Assembly: GCA_964016885.1 (NCBI GenBank)
Contig: OZ024743.1
Span: forward strand, 373,860,001-373,924,000
DNA length: 64,000 nt
Direction: 5' to 3'
Source: Eledone cirrhosa
Lineage: Eukaryota
The number at the start of each line of letters is the position of its first letter. Position 1 is the stretch's first letter. Of this stretch, positions 1-15,148 are shown piece after piece. The translations under genes were made by a program, and so were the position numbers. The notes under the pieces were generated by a model. It made no database searches, was not told the DNA's origin, and worked only from the letters and a program-made list of their open reading frames with translations.

Positions 1-3000
1 ACCAACTATACCAAGAGGGTGTACCAACATACCATTATTAACTACCAATTATACCAAGAGGGTGTACCAACATAATATTATTAACTACCAATTATACCAA
101 GAGGGTGTACCAACATACTATTATTAACTACCAATTATACCAAGAGGGTGTACCAACATACCATTATTAACTACCAACTATACCAAGAGGGTGTACCAAC
201 ATACCATTATTAACTCCCAACTATACCAAGAGGGTGTACCAACATACTATTATTAACTCCCAACTATACCAAGAGGGTGTACCAACATACCATTATTAAC
301 TACCCACATACCAAGAGGGTGTACCAACATACCATTATTCACTACCAATTATATCAAGAGGGTGTACCAACATACCATTATTAACTACCCACATACCAAG
401 AGGGTGTACCAACATAACATTATTAACTACCAACTATACCAAGAGGGTGTACCAACATACCATTATTAACTACCAATTAAACCAAGAGGGTGTACCAACA
501 TACTATTATTAACTACCCACATACCAAGAGGGTGTACCAACATACTATTATTAACTACCAATTATATCAAGAGGGTGTACCAACATACCATTATTAACTC
601 CCAACTATACCAAGAGGGTGTACCAACATACCATTATTAACTACCAACTATACCAAGAGGGTGTACCAACATACTATTATTAACTCCCAACTATACCAAG
701 AGGGTGTACCAACATACCATTATTAACTACCAACTATACCAAGAGGGTGTACCAACATACCATTATTAACTCCCAACTATATCAAGAGGGTGTACCAACA
801 TACCATTATTAACTACCAATTATACCAAGAGGGTGTACCCACATACTATTATTAACTCCCAACTATACCAAGAGGGTGTACCAACATACCATTATTAACT
901 ACTCACATACCAAGAGGGTGTACCAACATACCATTATTAACTACCCACATACCAAGAGGGTGTACCAACATACCATTATTAACTACCAACTATACCAAAA
1001 GGGTGTACCAACATACCATTATTAACTCCCAACTATACCAAGAGGGTGTACCAACATACCATTATTAACTACCCACATACCAAGAGGGTGTACCAACATA
1101 CCATTATTAACTACCAACTATACCAAGAGGGTGTACCAACATACCATTATTAACTACCAATTATACCAAGAGGGTGTACCAACATAATATTATTAACTAC
1201 CAATTATACCAAGAGGGTGTACCAACATACTATTATTAACTACCAATTATACCAAGAGGGTGTACCAACATACCATTATTAACTACCAACTATACCAAGA
1301 GGGTGTACCAACATACCATTATTAACTACCAATTAAAACAAGAGGGTGTACCAACATACTATTATTAACTACCCACATACCCAGAGGGTGTACCAACATA
1401 CCATTATTAACTCCCAACTATAACAAGAGGGTGTACCAACATACTATTATTAACTACCAATTATATCAAGAGGGTGTACCAACATACCATTATTAACTCC
1501 CAACTATACCAAGAGGGTGTACCAACATACCATTATTAACTACCAATTATACCAAGAGGGTGTACCAACATAATATTATTAACTACCAATTATACCAAGA
1601 GGGTGTACCAACATACTATTATTAACTACCAATTATACCAAGAGGGTGTACCAACATACCATTATTAACTACCAACTATACCAAGAGGGTGTACCAACAT
1701 ACCATTATTAACTCCCAACTATACCAAGAGGGTGTACCAACATACTATTATTAACTCCCAACTATACCAAGAGGGTGTACCAACATACCATTATTAACTA
1801 CCCACATACCAAGAGGGTGTACCAACATACCATTATTCACTACCAATTATATCAAGAGGGTGTACCAACATACCATTATTAACTACCCACATACCAAGAG
1901 GGTGTACCAACATACCATTATTAATTACCAACTATACCAAGAGGGTGTACCAACATACCATTATTAACTACCAATTAAACCAAGAGGGTGTACCAACATA
2001 CTATTATTAACTACCCACATACCAAGAGGGTGTACCAACATACTATTATTAACTACCAATTATATCAAGAGGGTGTACCAACATACCATTATTAACTCCC
2101 AACTATACCAAGAGGGTGTACCAACATACCATTATTAACTACCAACTATACCAAGAGGGTGTACCAACATACTATTATTAACTCCCAACTATACTAAGAG
2201 GGTGTACCAACATACCATTATTAACTACCAACTATATCAAGAGGGTGTACCAACATACCATTATTAACTCCCAACTATATCAAGAGGGTGTACCAACATA
2301 CCATTATTAACTACCAATTATACCAAGAGGGTGTACCAACATACTATTATTAACAACCAACTATACCAAGAGGGTGTACCAACATACCATTATTAACTAC
2401 CCACATACCAAGAGCGTGTACCAACATACCATTATTAACTACCCACATACCAAGAGGGTGTACCAACATACCATTATTAACTACCAACTATACCAAAAGG
2501 GTGTACCAACATACCATTATTAACTCCCAACTATACCAAGAGGGTGTACCAACATACCATTACTAACTACCCACATACCAAGAGGGTGTACCAACATACC
2601 ATTATTAACTCCCAACTATACCAAGAGGGTGTACCAACATACCATTATTAACTACCAACTATATCAAGAGGGTGTACCAACATACCATTATTAACTCCCA
2701 ACTATATCAAGAGGGTGTACCAACATACCATTATTAACTACCAATTATACCAAGAGGGTGTACCAACATACTATTATTAACAACCAACTATACCAAGAGG
2801 GTGTACCAACATACCATTATTAACTACCCACATACCAAGAGCGTTTACCAACATACCATTATTAACTACCCACATACCAAGAGGGTGTACCAACATACCA
2901 TTATTAACTACCAACTATACCAAAAGGGTGTACCAACATACCATTATTAACTCCCAACTATACCAAGAGGGTGTACCAACATACCATTACTAACTACCCA

Positions 3001-6000
3001 CATACCAAGAGGGTGTACCAACATACCATTATTAACTACCAACTATACCAAGAGGGTGTACCAACATACCATTATTAACTACCAATTAAACCAAGAGGGT
3101 GTACCAACATACTATTATTAACTACCCACATACCAAGAGGGTGTACCAACATACTATTATTAACTACCAATTATATCAAGAGGGTGTACCAACATACCAT
3201 TATTAACTCCCAACTATACCAAGAGGGTGTACCAACATACCATTATTAACTACCAACTATACCAAGAGGGTGTACCAACATACTATTATTAACTCCCAAC
3301 TATACCAAGAGGGTGTACCAACATACCATTATTAACTACCAACTATACCAAGAGGGTGTACCAACATACCATTATTAACTCCCAACTATATCAAGAGGGT
3401 GTACCAACATACCATTATTAACTACCAATTATACCAAGAGGGTGTACCAACATACTATTATTAACTCCCAACTATACCAAGAGGGTGTACCAACATACCA
3501 TTATTAACTACTCACATACCAAGAGGGTGTACCAACATACCATTATTAACTACCCACATACCAAGAGGGTGTACCAACATACCATTATTAACTACCAACT
3601 ATACCAAAAGGGTGTACCAACATACCATTATTAACTCCCAACTATACCAAGAGGGTGTACCAACATACCATTATTAACTACCCACATACCAAGAGGGTGT
3701 ACCAACATACCATTATTAACTACCAACTATACCAAGAGGGTGTACCAACATACCATTATTAACTACCAATTAAAACAAGAGGGTGTACCAACATACTATT
3801 ATTAACTACCCACATACCCAGAGGGTGTACCAACATACCATTATTAACTCCCAACTATAACAAGAGGGTGTACCAACATACTATTATTAACTACCAATTA
3901 TATCAAGAGGGTGTACCAACATACCATTATTAACTCCCAACTATACCAAGAGGGTGTACCAACATACCATTATTAACTACCAATTATACCAAGAGGGTGT
4001 ACCAACATAATATTATTAACTACCAATTATACCAAGAGGGTGTACCAACATACTATTATTAACTACCAATTATACCAAGAGGGTGTACCAACATACCATT
4101 ATTAACTACCAACTATACCAAGAGGGTGTACCAACATACCATTATTAACTCCCAACTATACCAAGAGGGTGTACCAACATACTATTATTAACTCCCAACT
4201 ATACCAAGAGGGTGTACCAACATACCATTATTAACTACCCACATACCAAGAGGGTGTACCAACATACCATTATTCACTACCAATTATATCAAGAGGGTGT
4301 ACCAACATACCATTATTAACTACCCACATACCAAGAGGGTGTACCAACATACCATTATTAACTACCAACTATACCAAGAGGGTGTACCAACATACCATTA
4401 TTAACTACCAATTAAACCAAGAGGGTGTACCAACATACTATTATTAACTACCCACATACCAAGAGGGTGTACCAACATACTATTATTAACTACCAATTAT
4501 ATCAAGAGGGTGTACCAACATACCATTATTAACTCCCAACTATACCAAGAGGGTGTACCAACATACCATTATTAACTACCAACTATACCAAGAGGGTGTA
4601 CCAACATACTATTATTAACTCCCAACTATACCAAGAGGGTGTACCAACATACCATTATTAACTACCAACTATATCAAGAGGGTGTACCAACATACCATTA
4701 TTAACTCCCAACTATATCAAGAGGGTGTACCAACATACCATTATTAACTACCAATTATACCAAGAGGGTGTACCAACATACTATTATTAACAACCAACTA
4801 TACCAAGAGGGTGTACCAACATACCATTATTAACTACCCACATACCAAGAGCGTGTACCAACATACCATTATTAACTACCCACATACCAAGAGGGTGTAC
4901 CAACATACCATTATTAACTACCAACTATACCAAAAGGGTGTACCAACATACCATTATTAACTCCCAACTATACCAAGAGGGTGTACCAACATACCATTAC
5001 TAACTACCCACATACCAAGAGGGTGTACCAACATACCATTATTAACTACCAACTATACCAAGAGGGTGTACCAACATACCATTATTAACTACCAATTAAA
5101 CCAAGAGGGTGTACCAACATACTATTATTAACTACCACATACCAAGAGGGTGTACCAACATACCATTATTAACTCGCAACTATACCAAGAGGGTGTACCA
5201 ACATACTATTATTAACTACCAATTATATCAAGAGGGTGTACCAACATACCATTATTAACTCCCAACTATACCAAGAGGGTGTACCAACATACCATTAATA
5301 ACTACCAACTATACCAAGAGGGTGTACCAACATACCATTATTAACTACCAACTATACCAAGAGGGTGTACCAACATACCATTATTAACTACCAACTATAC
5401 CAAAAGGGTGTACCAACATACAATTATTAACTACCAATTATACCAAGAGGGTGTACCAACATACTATTATTAACTACCAATTATACCAAGAGGGTGTACC
5501 AACATACCATTATTAACTACCAACTATACCAAGAGGGTGTACCAACATACCATTATTAACTCCCAACTATACCAAGAGGGTGTACCAACATACTATTATT
5601 AACTCCCAACTATACCAAGAGGGTGTACCAACATACCATTATTAACTACCCACATACCAAGAGGGTGTACCAACATACCATTATTCACTACCAATTATAT
5701 CAAGAGGGTGTACCAACATACCATTATTAACTACCCACATACCAAGAGGGTGTACCAACATAACATTATTAACTACCAACTATACCAAGAGGGTGTACCA
5801 ACATACCATTATTAACTACCAATTAAACCAAGAGGGTGTACCAACATACTATTATTAACTACCCACATACCAAGAGGGTGTACCAACATACTATTATTAA
5901 CTACCAATTATATCAAGAGGGTGTACCAACATACCATTATTAACTCCCAACTATACCAAGAGGGTGTACCAACATACCATTATTAACTACCAACTATACC

Positions 6001-9000
6001 AAGAGGGTGTACCAACATACCATTATTAACTACCAATTATACCAAGAGGGTGTACCAACATACCATTATTAACTACCCACATACCAAGAGGGTGTACCAA
6101 CATACCATTATTTACTACCCACATACCAAGAGGGTGTACCAACATACCATCATTAACTACCACTTATACCAAGAGGGTGTACCAACATACTATTATTAAC
6201 TAACAATTATACCAAGAGGGTGTACCAACATACTATTATTAACTACCAACTATACCAAGAGGGTGTACCAACATACCATTATTAACTACCCACATACCAA
6301 GAGGGTCTACCAACATACCATTATTAACTACCAATTATAACAAGAGGGTCTACCAACATACCATTATTAACTACCAATTATACCAAGAGGGTGTACCAAC
6401 ATACCATTATTAACTACCAACTATACCAAGAGGGTGTACCAACATACCATTATTAACTACCAACATACTATTATTAACTACCCACAAACCAAGAGGGTCT
6501 ACCAACATACCATTATTAACTACCCACATACCATGAGGGTGTACCAACATACCATTATTTACTACCCACATACCAAGAAGGTCTACCAACATACCATTAT
6601 TAACTACCCACATACCAAGAGGGTCTACCAACATACCATTATTAACTACCAATTATAACAAGAGGGTCTACCAACATACCATTATTAACTACCAATTATA
6701 CCAAGAGGGTGTACCAACATACCATTATTAACTACCAACTATACCAAGAGGGTGTACCAACATACCATTATTAACTACCAATTATACCAAGAGGGTGTAC
6801 CAACATACCATTATTAACTACCTACATACCAAGAGGGTGTACCAACATACCATTATTAACTACCCACATACAAAGAGGGTGTACCAACATACCATTATTA
6901 ACTACCAACTATACCAAGAGGGTGTACCAACATACCATTATTAACTACCGATTATACCAAGAGGGTGTACCAACATACTATTATTAAATCCCAACTATAC
7001 CAAGAGGGTGTACCAACATACCATTATTAACTACCCACATACAAAGAGGGTGTACCAACATACCATTATTAACTACCGATTATACCAAGAGGGTGTACCA
7101 ACATACCATTATTAACTACCGATTATACCAAGAGGGTGTACCAACATACTATTATTAACTCCCAACTATACCAAGAGGGTGTACCAACATACCATTATTA
7201 ACTACCCACATACAAAGAGGGTGTACCAACATACCATTATTAACTACCAACTATACCAAGAGGGTGTACCAACATACCATTATTAACTACCCACATACCA
7301 AGAGGGTGTACCAACATACCATTATTTACTACCCACATACCATTATTAACTACCAATTATACCAAGAGGGTGTACCAACATACTATTATTAACTACCAAT
7401 TATACCAAGAGGGTGTACCAACATACTATTATTAACTACCAACTATACCAAGAGGGTGTACCAACATACCATTATTAACTACCAACTATACCCAGAGGGT
7501 GTACCAACATACCATTATTAACTACCAATTATATCAAGAGGATGTACCAACATACCATTCTTAACTCCCAACTATACCAAGAGGGTGTACCAACATACCA
7601 TTATTAACTACCAACTATACCAAGAGGGTGTACCAACATACCATTATTAACTACCAACTATACCAAGAGGGTGTACCAACATACTATTATTAACTCCAAA
7701 CTATACCAAGAGGGTGTACCAACATACCATTATTAACTACCAACTATACCAAGAGGGTGTACCAACATACTATTATTAACTCCCAACTATACCAAGAGGG
7801 TGTACCAACATACCATTATTAACTACCAACTATACCAAGAGTGTGTACCAACATACCATTATTAACTACCAACTATACCAAGAGGGTGTACCAACATACT
7901 ATTATTAACTACCAATTATACCAAGAGGGTGTCCCAACATACCATTATTAACTACCAACTATACCAAGAGGCTGTACCAACATACTATTATTAACTACCC
8001 ACATACCAAGAGGGTGTACCAACATACCATTATTAACTACCAACTATACCAAGAGGGTGTACCAACATACTATTATTAACTACCCACATACAAAGAGGGT
8101 GTACCAACATACCATTATTAACTACCCACATACCAAGAGGGTCTACCAACATACCATTATTAACTACCAATTATACCAAGAGGGTCTACCAACATACCAT
8201 TATTAACTACCAATTATACCAAGAGGGTGTACCAACATACCATTATTAACTACCCACATACAAAGAGGGTGTACCAACATACCATTATTAACTACTTACA
8301 TACCAAGAGGGTCTACCAACATACCATTATTAACTACCCACATACCAAGAGGGTCTACCAACATTCCATTATTAACTACCAACTATACCAAGAGGGTGTA
8401 CCAACATACTATTATTAACTACCCACATACCAAGAGGGTCTACCAACATACCATTATTAACTACCCACATACCATGAGGGTGTACCAACATACCATTATT
8501 AACTACCCACATACCAAGAAGGTCTACCAACATACCATTATTAACTACCCACATACCAAGACGGTCTACCAACATACCTTATTAACTACCAATTATAACA
8601 AGAGGGTCTACCAACATACCATTATTAACTACCAATTATACCAAGAGGGTGTACCAACATACCATTATTAACTACCAACTATACCAAGAGGGTGTACCAA
8701 CATACCATTATTAACTACCAATTATACCAAGAGGGTGTACCAACATACCATTATTAACTACCTACATACCAAGAGGGTGTACCAACATACCATTATTAAC
8801 TCCCCACATACCAAGAGGGTGTACCAACATACCATTATTAACTACCCACATATAAAGAGGGTGTACCAACATACCATTATTAACTACCAACTATACCAAG
8901 AGGGTGTACCAACATACCATTATTAACTACCGATTATACCAAGAGGGTGTACCAACATACTATTATTAACTCCCAACTATACGAAGAGGGTGTACCAACA

Positions 9001-9175
9001 TACCATTATTAACTACCTACATACAAAGAGGGTGTACCAACATACCATTATTAACTACCAACTATACCAAGAGGGTGTACCAACATACCATTATTAACTA
9101 CCCACATACCAAGAGGGTGTACCAACATACCATTATTAACTACCAATTATACCAAGAGGTTGTACCAACCATACT
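1..9175. repeat. 42/43-bp tandem minisatellite, open at the window start
   Basis: The unit TACCAAGAGGGTGTACCAACATACCATTATTAACTACCAACTA (43 bp), with a 42-bp ...ACTACCCACA variant, repeats continuously. The YQHTIINYPHTKRV ORFs are its translation. Confidence 0.98.
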
Positions 9176-9364
9176 AAAAGTAGATATTCTAAACATGCTG
9201 CCACCATGTTTTTCCTACATATTACTGCCATGCTGTTAAAAATCAATCGTTAATCTAAATTTGTTATCATTCAAAATACAAAATGGGCGAATTTTTAACC
9301 TTACTTATTTACTTTTACTTCCGTGCTCTCTCGTTTTAAGAAACACAAAGTTCTAAACTTCCGC

Positions 9365-9705
9365 CAGGATGGTTGTTCCGCTTGCATGGCCGTACTACCA
9401 CCATGGTAGTTCCGTCAGCATTGTAGTTCCGCCAGCATGGTTGTATCACCTGTATGTTTGTTCCTCCAACATAGTCATTCTGCCAACATGGTCGTTCCTT
9501 CAATATTGTCGTTCCGCCAGCATGGTCATTCGACCAGCATGATCGTTCAGCCACTATGTTCGTTCGGCCAGCATGTTCGTTCCACCAACATGGGCGATCC
9601 TCAAGCATGACCGATCCTCCAGCATGGCCCCTCCTCCAGCATGGCCGTTCTACCAACATGGTCGTTCTGTCATCATTGTCGTTCCGCCAACATGGTCGTT
9701 CTACC
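9365..9705. repeat. degenerate ~17-bp tandem repeat (CCAGCATGGTCGTTCCG-like)
   Basis: CATGGTCGTTC and CCAGCATG recur at about 17-bp spacing. Confidence 0.75.
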
Positions 9706-10029
9706 ATAGTTCTTTCCATCCTTGCCCAACTTTTTTGTGTGTCAAAGATCGTTCCGGGACGTTCGGCGCCAGGTACTCTTAGGCCGGTTTCTGTTCCCGA
9801 GAAAATGACGTATCAATCTTCGATGACGTATCAATCTTCGACAAAATCATCAGCGGGATTTGTTCCGGTTCATTACATTTTGTGTACTTTCTTGTGTGGC
9901 AGTCTTAATCTTCTGGTCGGTTTAACGCCACCACCTGGTCCTTGGGTACCACCACTTTGTTGCCAGCATACAGGAGTTAGAGGTTGGTAGGGGTGGGGAT
10001 TGGAAGGTTTTCGGTTCGAGGATAGCTTC

Positions 10030-10137
10030 CTTTGTCTCTCTGTCTGTCTATCGGTCTGTCTGCTTGTCTGTCCGCATGTCTATCTATCTATCTGACTGTC
10101 TGGCTGGCTGTCTGTCTCTGTCTATCTATCTAGCAAA

Positions 10138-10211
<74 letters not shown>

Positions 10212-10312
10212 TGATCTATCTATATGTCAGTATATCTATCTGTCAGTCTATCTGCCTGTCAGTCTATCTGCCTGACTGTCTGCTTGTCTCTATCTATCTG
10301 TCTATCTATCTA
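10030..10312. repeat. (TCTA)n/(TCTG)n microsatellite, left flank of the Tx1 LINE
   Basis: Read directly from the sequence. Confidence 0.95.
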
Positions 10313-11686
10313 TACGGAATTACGAACTGTCGTATTCCGAACAATTTTAAATAAAACAAAAAAACCAGCGCAACCATCTCAAGCCGAAATTCAGTTAGTC
10401 TTGAAAGACGCGATGAGAGACATCACTTTTATACAAAAGGATAAACTCTATGGGAGTTTATCCATATTGATGAAAGACGAATTGGCGGCGAAAAATACTC
10501 TGTGTCGCCAATTCGGTCCACACACTACACCTTCTTCCCCACCTACATGGGTAAAAAAACCCAGAGGATATGGATAACCACCATCACCCCAAACATAAAC
10601 TACTGGTGGTTACTAACCGGCTTCCTCAATTTAGACGAGGACAACCTCATTTCAATAGGGAAGGCATCCGGCGACGCGTTCAGTGGAACGAGCCTCGAAG
10701 TTCTGACCCAAATAAGGCCAGAACGCATCGCCCAAATCCCTGAGCGCGTCATGCTGGATGACCGTACCCACCTCAACATTATTGTGGAGGGTAGGCGTCC
10801 CTCCTGTTACCTCTGTGGCAATAGAGGTCACCTGAGGGCTGCCTGTCCCCAGCTCACACAGAAAAAAACACTGCTACCAACACCAACACCATCCCAACAA
10901 CAACAACAAAAACAACCACAACAACAACAACAAAAACCAACAACCCCACCACCACCACCACCACCACCACCACCACCACCACAACAACAACAACAACAAA
11001 CACGTGAAAAAATAACACAGAATACCGTCCCACCCAATCCCTCCCCACCCAAAACAAATACAAAAACACACACACCTCAAACACTACCAGAAAACATACC
11101 CCTCCCACCCAACAAGGAAGACGAACCCCTTTCGTCGCAAGACGAAAAAGATCCCTTTCAACAAGTAAAAAGAAAGAAGAGGAGACGCACCAGAGACACA
11201 CATGTTAACTTTAACCCCCCCCCCAAGAGAACACAAACTACACACAAACCACCCCTCCCTGTCACACAACACTATCTGCTTCACAAAAAAAGACCTTACA
11301 ATATACATACATGAACACAGACAACAAAGAATTACGGAAAACAATTTCAGCAAACCCTTCGGTCCAAACCGAAGGGCCTAACTTTAAAACTGCTGTGGGA
11401 CTACCTCATTTGAAAATGATTAAAGTCCCAATGCACTTGTACAAAACACTGAAAATAAATTTCACGGAGGAACGTGCCCCCCCCCCCCCTGCGCCAAACC
11501 AATCAACCGCGTCCTCCAAAAATTTTCACCCCCCCACCCCACCCATACACCCACTCAACCACAAACACCCCAACCCCACAACACACCGATGTCCCTTCAC
11601 TTCCACAAACCACCACCCCACCCAACAACCCATCCCCAACCAGCATGGAAATTGAGCGGCCCGTTTCCCGGGACGCAGAGAGGTAA
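10313..11686 (+). pseudogene. Tx1 ORF1 (gag-like zinc knuckle), frameshifted
   Basis: Split over ORFs 10224-10577, 10502-11314, 11311-11655 and 11474-11686. It has a CX2CX4HX4C knuckle, a Pro/Gln-rich linker and a basic patch (VKRKKRRR). Confidence 0.8.
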
Positions 11687-11710
11687 GTGCCTTTTCTCTT
11701 TACCACCAAC

Positions 11711-14700
11711 ATGGCTGTGCTAAGAGTAGGGTGTCTAAATGCGCGTGGCCTGGGCTCATCTTGGAAGCAAGCAATGCTTCTAAATGACCTCAGGTCACGA
11801 TCTATAAATGTGATGGTTATCTACGAGGCCCGGATCAGCAGCATGCGACAGCTAGCCCCCACCTTTGACGACTTTGAGATGCACGCATCTCTCTGTCAGC
11901 CCGGAGGTGGGGGTGGGGTTGTCGTTCTGCTGCAAAAACATATGGGCCTTGCAACACAGATAGTTCACTTGGACCCAGGGGGTCGACTGGTGGTGCTGGG
12001 CTTTGGCAGTGGTGAAGGTAGAGCCTTTAGGCTGGTAGCCGCATATGCCCCTTTTGGGACTGAGCGGCCCGACTTTTTCCAGCGTCTGGAGTCTTTTCTA
12101 GGGACGTACCGTTCCCTGCTTTTAGTGGGGGATTGGAATGGTATCCTAGATGCACGTTGGGACTATGCAGGGGCATGTCCCGATAGAGAGGGGTGCAACA
12201 GCCTCAAGGGGTTACTCGGCCGATTTGACCTGGCCGATAGATTTCGACTAGATTTTCCGACGGTGCCAACCTGGTCTTGGTCAAATCGCAGCGGATCATC
12301 TAGGTCGTACCTAGATAGATTTTTAGTTAGAAATAAGGACAGGGACTTTTTAAGTTGTCCAGAAATGCTCATGGTTGGCTATTCAGACCACAAGTTGGTG
12401 ACCTGCATGGTCAACCTTGATAGAACGCATAGACAGGGCCCCGGTTACTGGAAGCTCAACTTGTCCTTGCCGGCAAGTAGAGCCTACAGGGATCGGATTA
12501 GTACGTTAGTTAAGGAACGGTTAACTGGAGCGATCGTCAACAGCAGGTGGTGGGTATTTCTAAAGAGAGAGATTAGAGTAGTCTCGATAGAATTTAGTAA
12601 GGTTCTAGCTGCGGATAGGAATAGGAAGGAAAGGGAGCTAATAGATAGAGTAGAAGAGGATATTAGAAGCGGCGACGTGGCCAGAGTGCTAGCGTCGAGA
12701 ACGGCTTTGAGCCAGTTTTTCGACGCGAAGCACGAAGGCTGCGTTATCCGAAGTAAAATACGTGCTCTAGGGAACGAGGGGACCAAAGCTGTTAGCTGGG
12801 CCCGCGTGACAGAGGCCAACAGTGGAACTAAATCCACCATCCGGTCTTTGCGAGCCCTGGATGGACGGGCGATTCTTGAGCCTAAGCAGATGTGTGAGGC
12901 CTTTCAAAGGCACTTTGCCCGACTGTTCGGGAGGGGCGGGGAGCCGGTTGGGAACGTGGACTTCGGTCCATACCTCGACGGCCTGCCGCGCCTCTCGGAC
13001 AGGGAGGCGAAGTCCTGCGAGGAGCCGATTTCGGCCGCTGAGATAGAGGACGTGCTGAGCCAATGCGGCAAACGCAAATCCCCGGGTCTCGATGGTCTTC
13101 CTTACGAATTATATCTAGTTATGCCGGACTTGTTCCCCGATCTCCTCGAGGCAGTCTACTGCAACTGGCGACAGAACGGGAGAATTCCCTGTACTGTGAC
13201 CAAGGGCGTAGTCACGCTAGTGAGGAAGGACGAGAACAAGGGGGACGAAATAAGTAACTTCAGGCCCATAACTCTGCTAAATACAGAGTTACAGATTTTG
13301 GCCAAGGTGCTAGCAAAGAGGTTGGAGCTTGTCGTGGGCAACCTGGTGGGAGATGCGCAGACATGTGCTATCCCGTCCAGGTCCATCCACGATAACCTCC
13401 ACCTCATACGATACATCATAGAGAGGGTTGGGAACGAACCCGGCTTTGGTGGGGCCCTGATCAACTTGGATCAATCTAAGGCATTCGATAGGGTCGACCA
13501 TGGTTACCTGGATGCGGTGCTAGCGGCGGCAGGCTTCGGACCCGTTTTCAGGGGCTGGATCAATGCCATGCACAGCAGCCACATCTGCTCTAGGGTCAAG
13601 GTGAACGGCTACCTCTCGGAGCCGTTCAAAATCGCGCGGTCCATCCGACAAGGGTGCCCTTTCTCCTCCCTTCTGTATGTGTTGACTCTCGAGCCACTAC
13701 TGCGGAAGCTGGAGTTGTTGCAGGGCATCCCTTTGGAACCGGGATTGCGGAAAGCGGTGTCGGCCTACGCCGATGACGTGACAGTAATGGTGTCGACGGC
13801 CTCCGAAATCGAGGCGGTCGGCACCTTACTGGAGGAGTACGAAAGGTTCACAGGGGCTAAGCTGAACCGGGACAAGTCAATCGGTTTGCAACTCGGCACG
13901 TGGAGGGGCAGACCGATGCCCTCCGATGGCGTCGTCGGACGCTGGACGGTGGGCCCGGTGAAGTTGCTCGGGGTCTGGTTCGGACCGGACCTCCAGGTGG
14001 AGAAAAACTGGGCGGAGGTTACGAACAGGGTGTTTGCACTGACCCAGAAGTGGGCCAGTTGCAAACTATCCCTGAAAGGTCGGGCGGAGGTGGCGAACAC
14101 CTACATAGCGTCCGTCATCTACTACCGCCTGACCGTAGTGCCCTGCCCAAGGGAAACCCTCACCAAGATGGAGCGCGCACTCTTCCAATTCCTTTGAAAG
14201 AGGCGGGCTCCTATGGTGAGGAGATCCATCTGCTGTCAACACCCTTCGAAAGGAGGGCTGGGGATGCCGTGGCTAATGATGCGTAAACACGCATTAAGGC
14301 TATGGCACCTCTACGTATTCCTCACCGGACAACCGGCGTGGGCCTCGTTTGTGAGACGAACCTTTCCCAGACTCGTCTCACTCACCGAGCTGCAATCCTG
14401 GGTCAAGCAAAGACCGAGAAAACTGGGCGCCTGGCACACTGAGTGTGCCCAGGCGCTCACCGCCCTCTGGCAGGCGGATCCGGTTATCAGTGGAGACTCC
14501 ACCGCAACATTCTATAGAGGGCTGGTACGCAGCAGGTGCGACGACGCCCTCGGAGAAGCCCTAGACATGGAGGAGGACGAACTGGCCAGCCTGTTCGGTA
14601 GGACATTCAGCGCGGGACCTATGGACAACTTCCAGAAGTCCCTGGCCTGGCAGTGCTACCGAGGGGCTCTACCCATTCGAGAAAGGCTCTACAGACACGG

Positions 14701-15148
14701 GCGCCCGGGTAGGGACCCCGCCAAAAAGATCTGTCTCAGATGCGTGTGCGACGAGGAAACCGTTGCACACGCATTGGTACACTGCTCGGGCGTAGCCGAT
14801 CTGTGGGGCTATGTCGAACAACTGCTGTCAAGGGTGGGACCGATCCGGTTGACCACCGAGTCTATTGTAACGATAAAGCCGCCTCCCCCCTTCAAAGATG
14901 AAGCAGAGGCGGTGTTTCTGTGCGTAATAGCCATGGTGAAAGAAGTTGTATGGTGGACGCGTCTGAAAGGACTGAGGTCAGGCACCTTTCTCTCTGGCCA
15001 ACAACTGGTCCGTTTCTTCCGATATCATTTCGGAAGAAGCATCAGGATGGAGAGAGAGGTGCTCCACCCCAGTCGTTTTTATGAAAGGTGGGTGAAAGTG
15101 GCGAGAATGGCCCGTGTGAATGGGCCTTCTCTTTACATAAGCCTGTAG
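11711..15148 (+). pseudogene. Tx1 ORF2 (APE endonuclease + reverse transcriptase + Zn knuckle) with one in-frame stop
   Basis: ATG at 11711 (MAVLRVGCLNARGL). The TGA at 14195-14197 falls where FLW is expected, and ORF 14213-15148 continues in the same frame. Confidence 0.9.

Noticed and set aside
6410-8926. ORFs with YQHTIINYPHTKRV or MWVVNNGMLVD repeats
   Set aside because: Chance open frames in runs of 42-bp units.
1-9175. CRISPR-like appearance of a constant ~33-bp block alternating with a variable ~10-bp block
   Set aside because: The variable parts are point variants of one sequence, not unique spacers. There are no cas genes and the context is eukaryotic.
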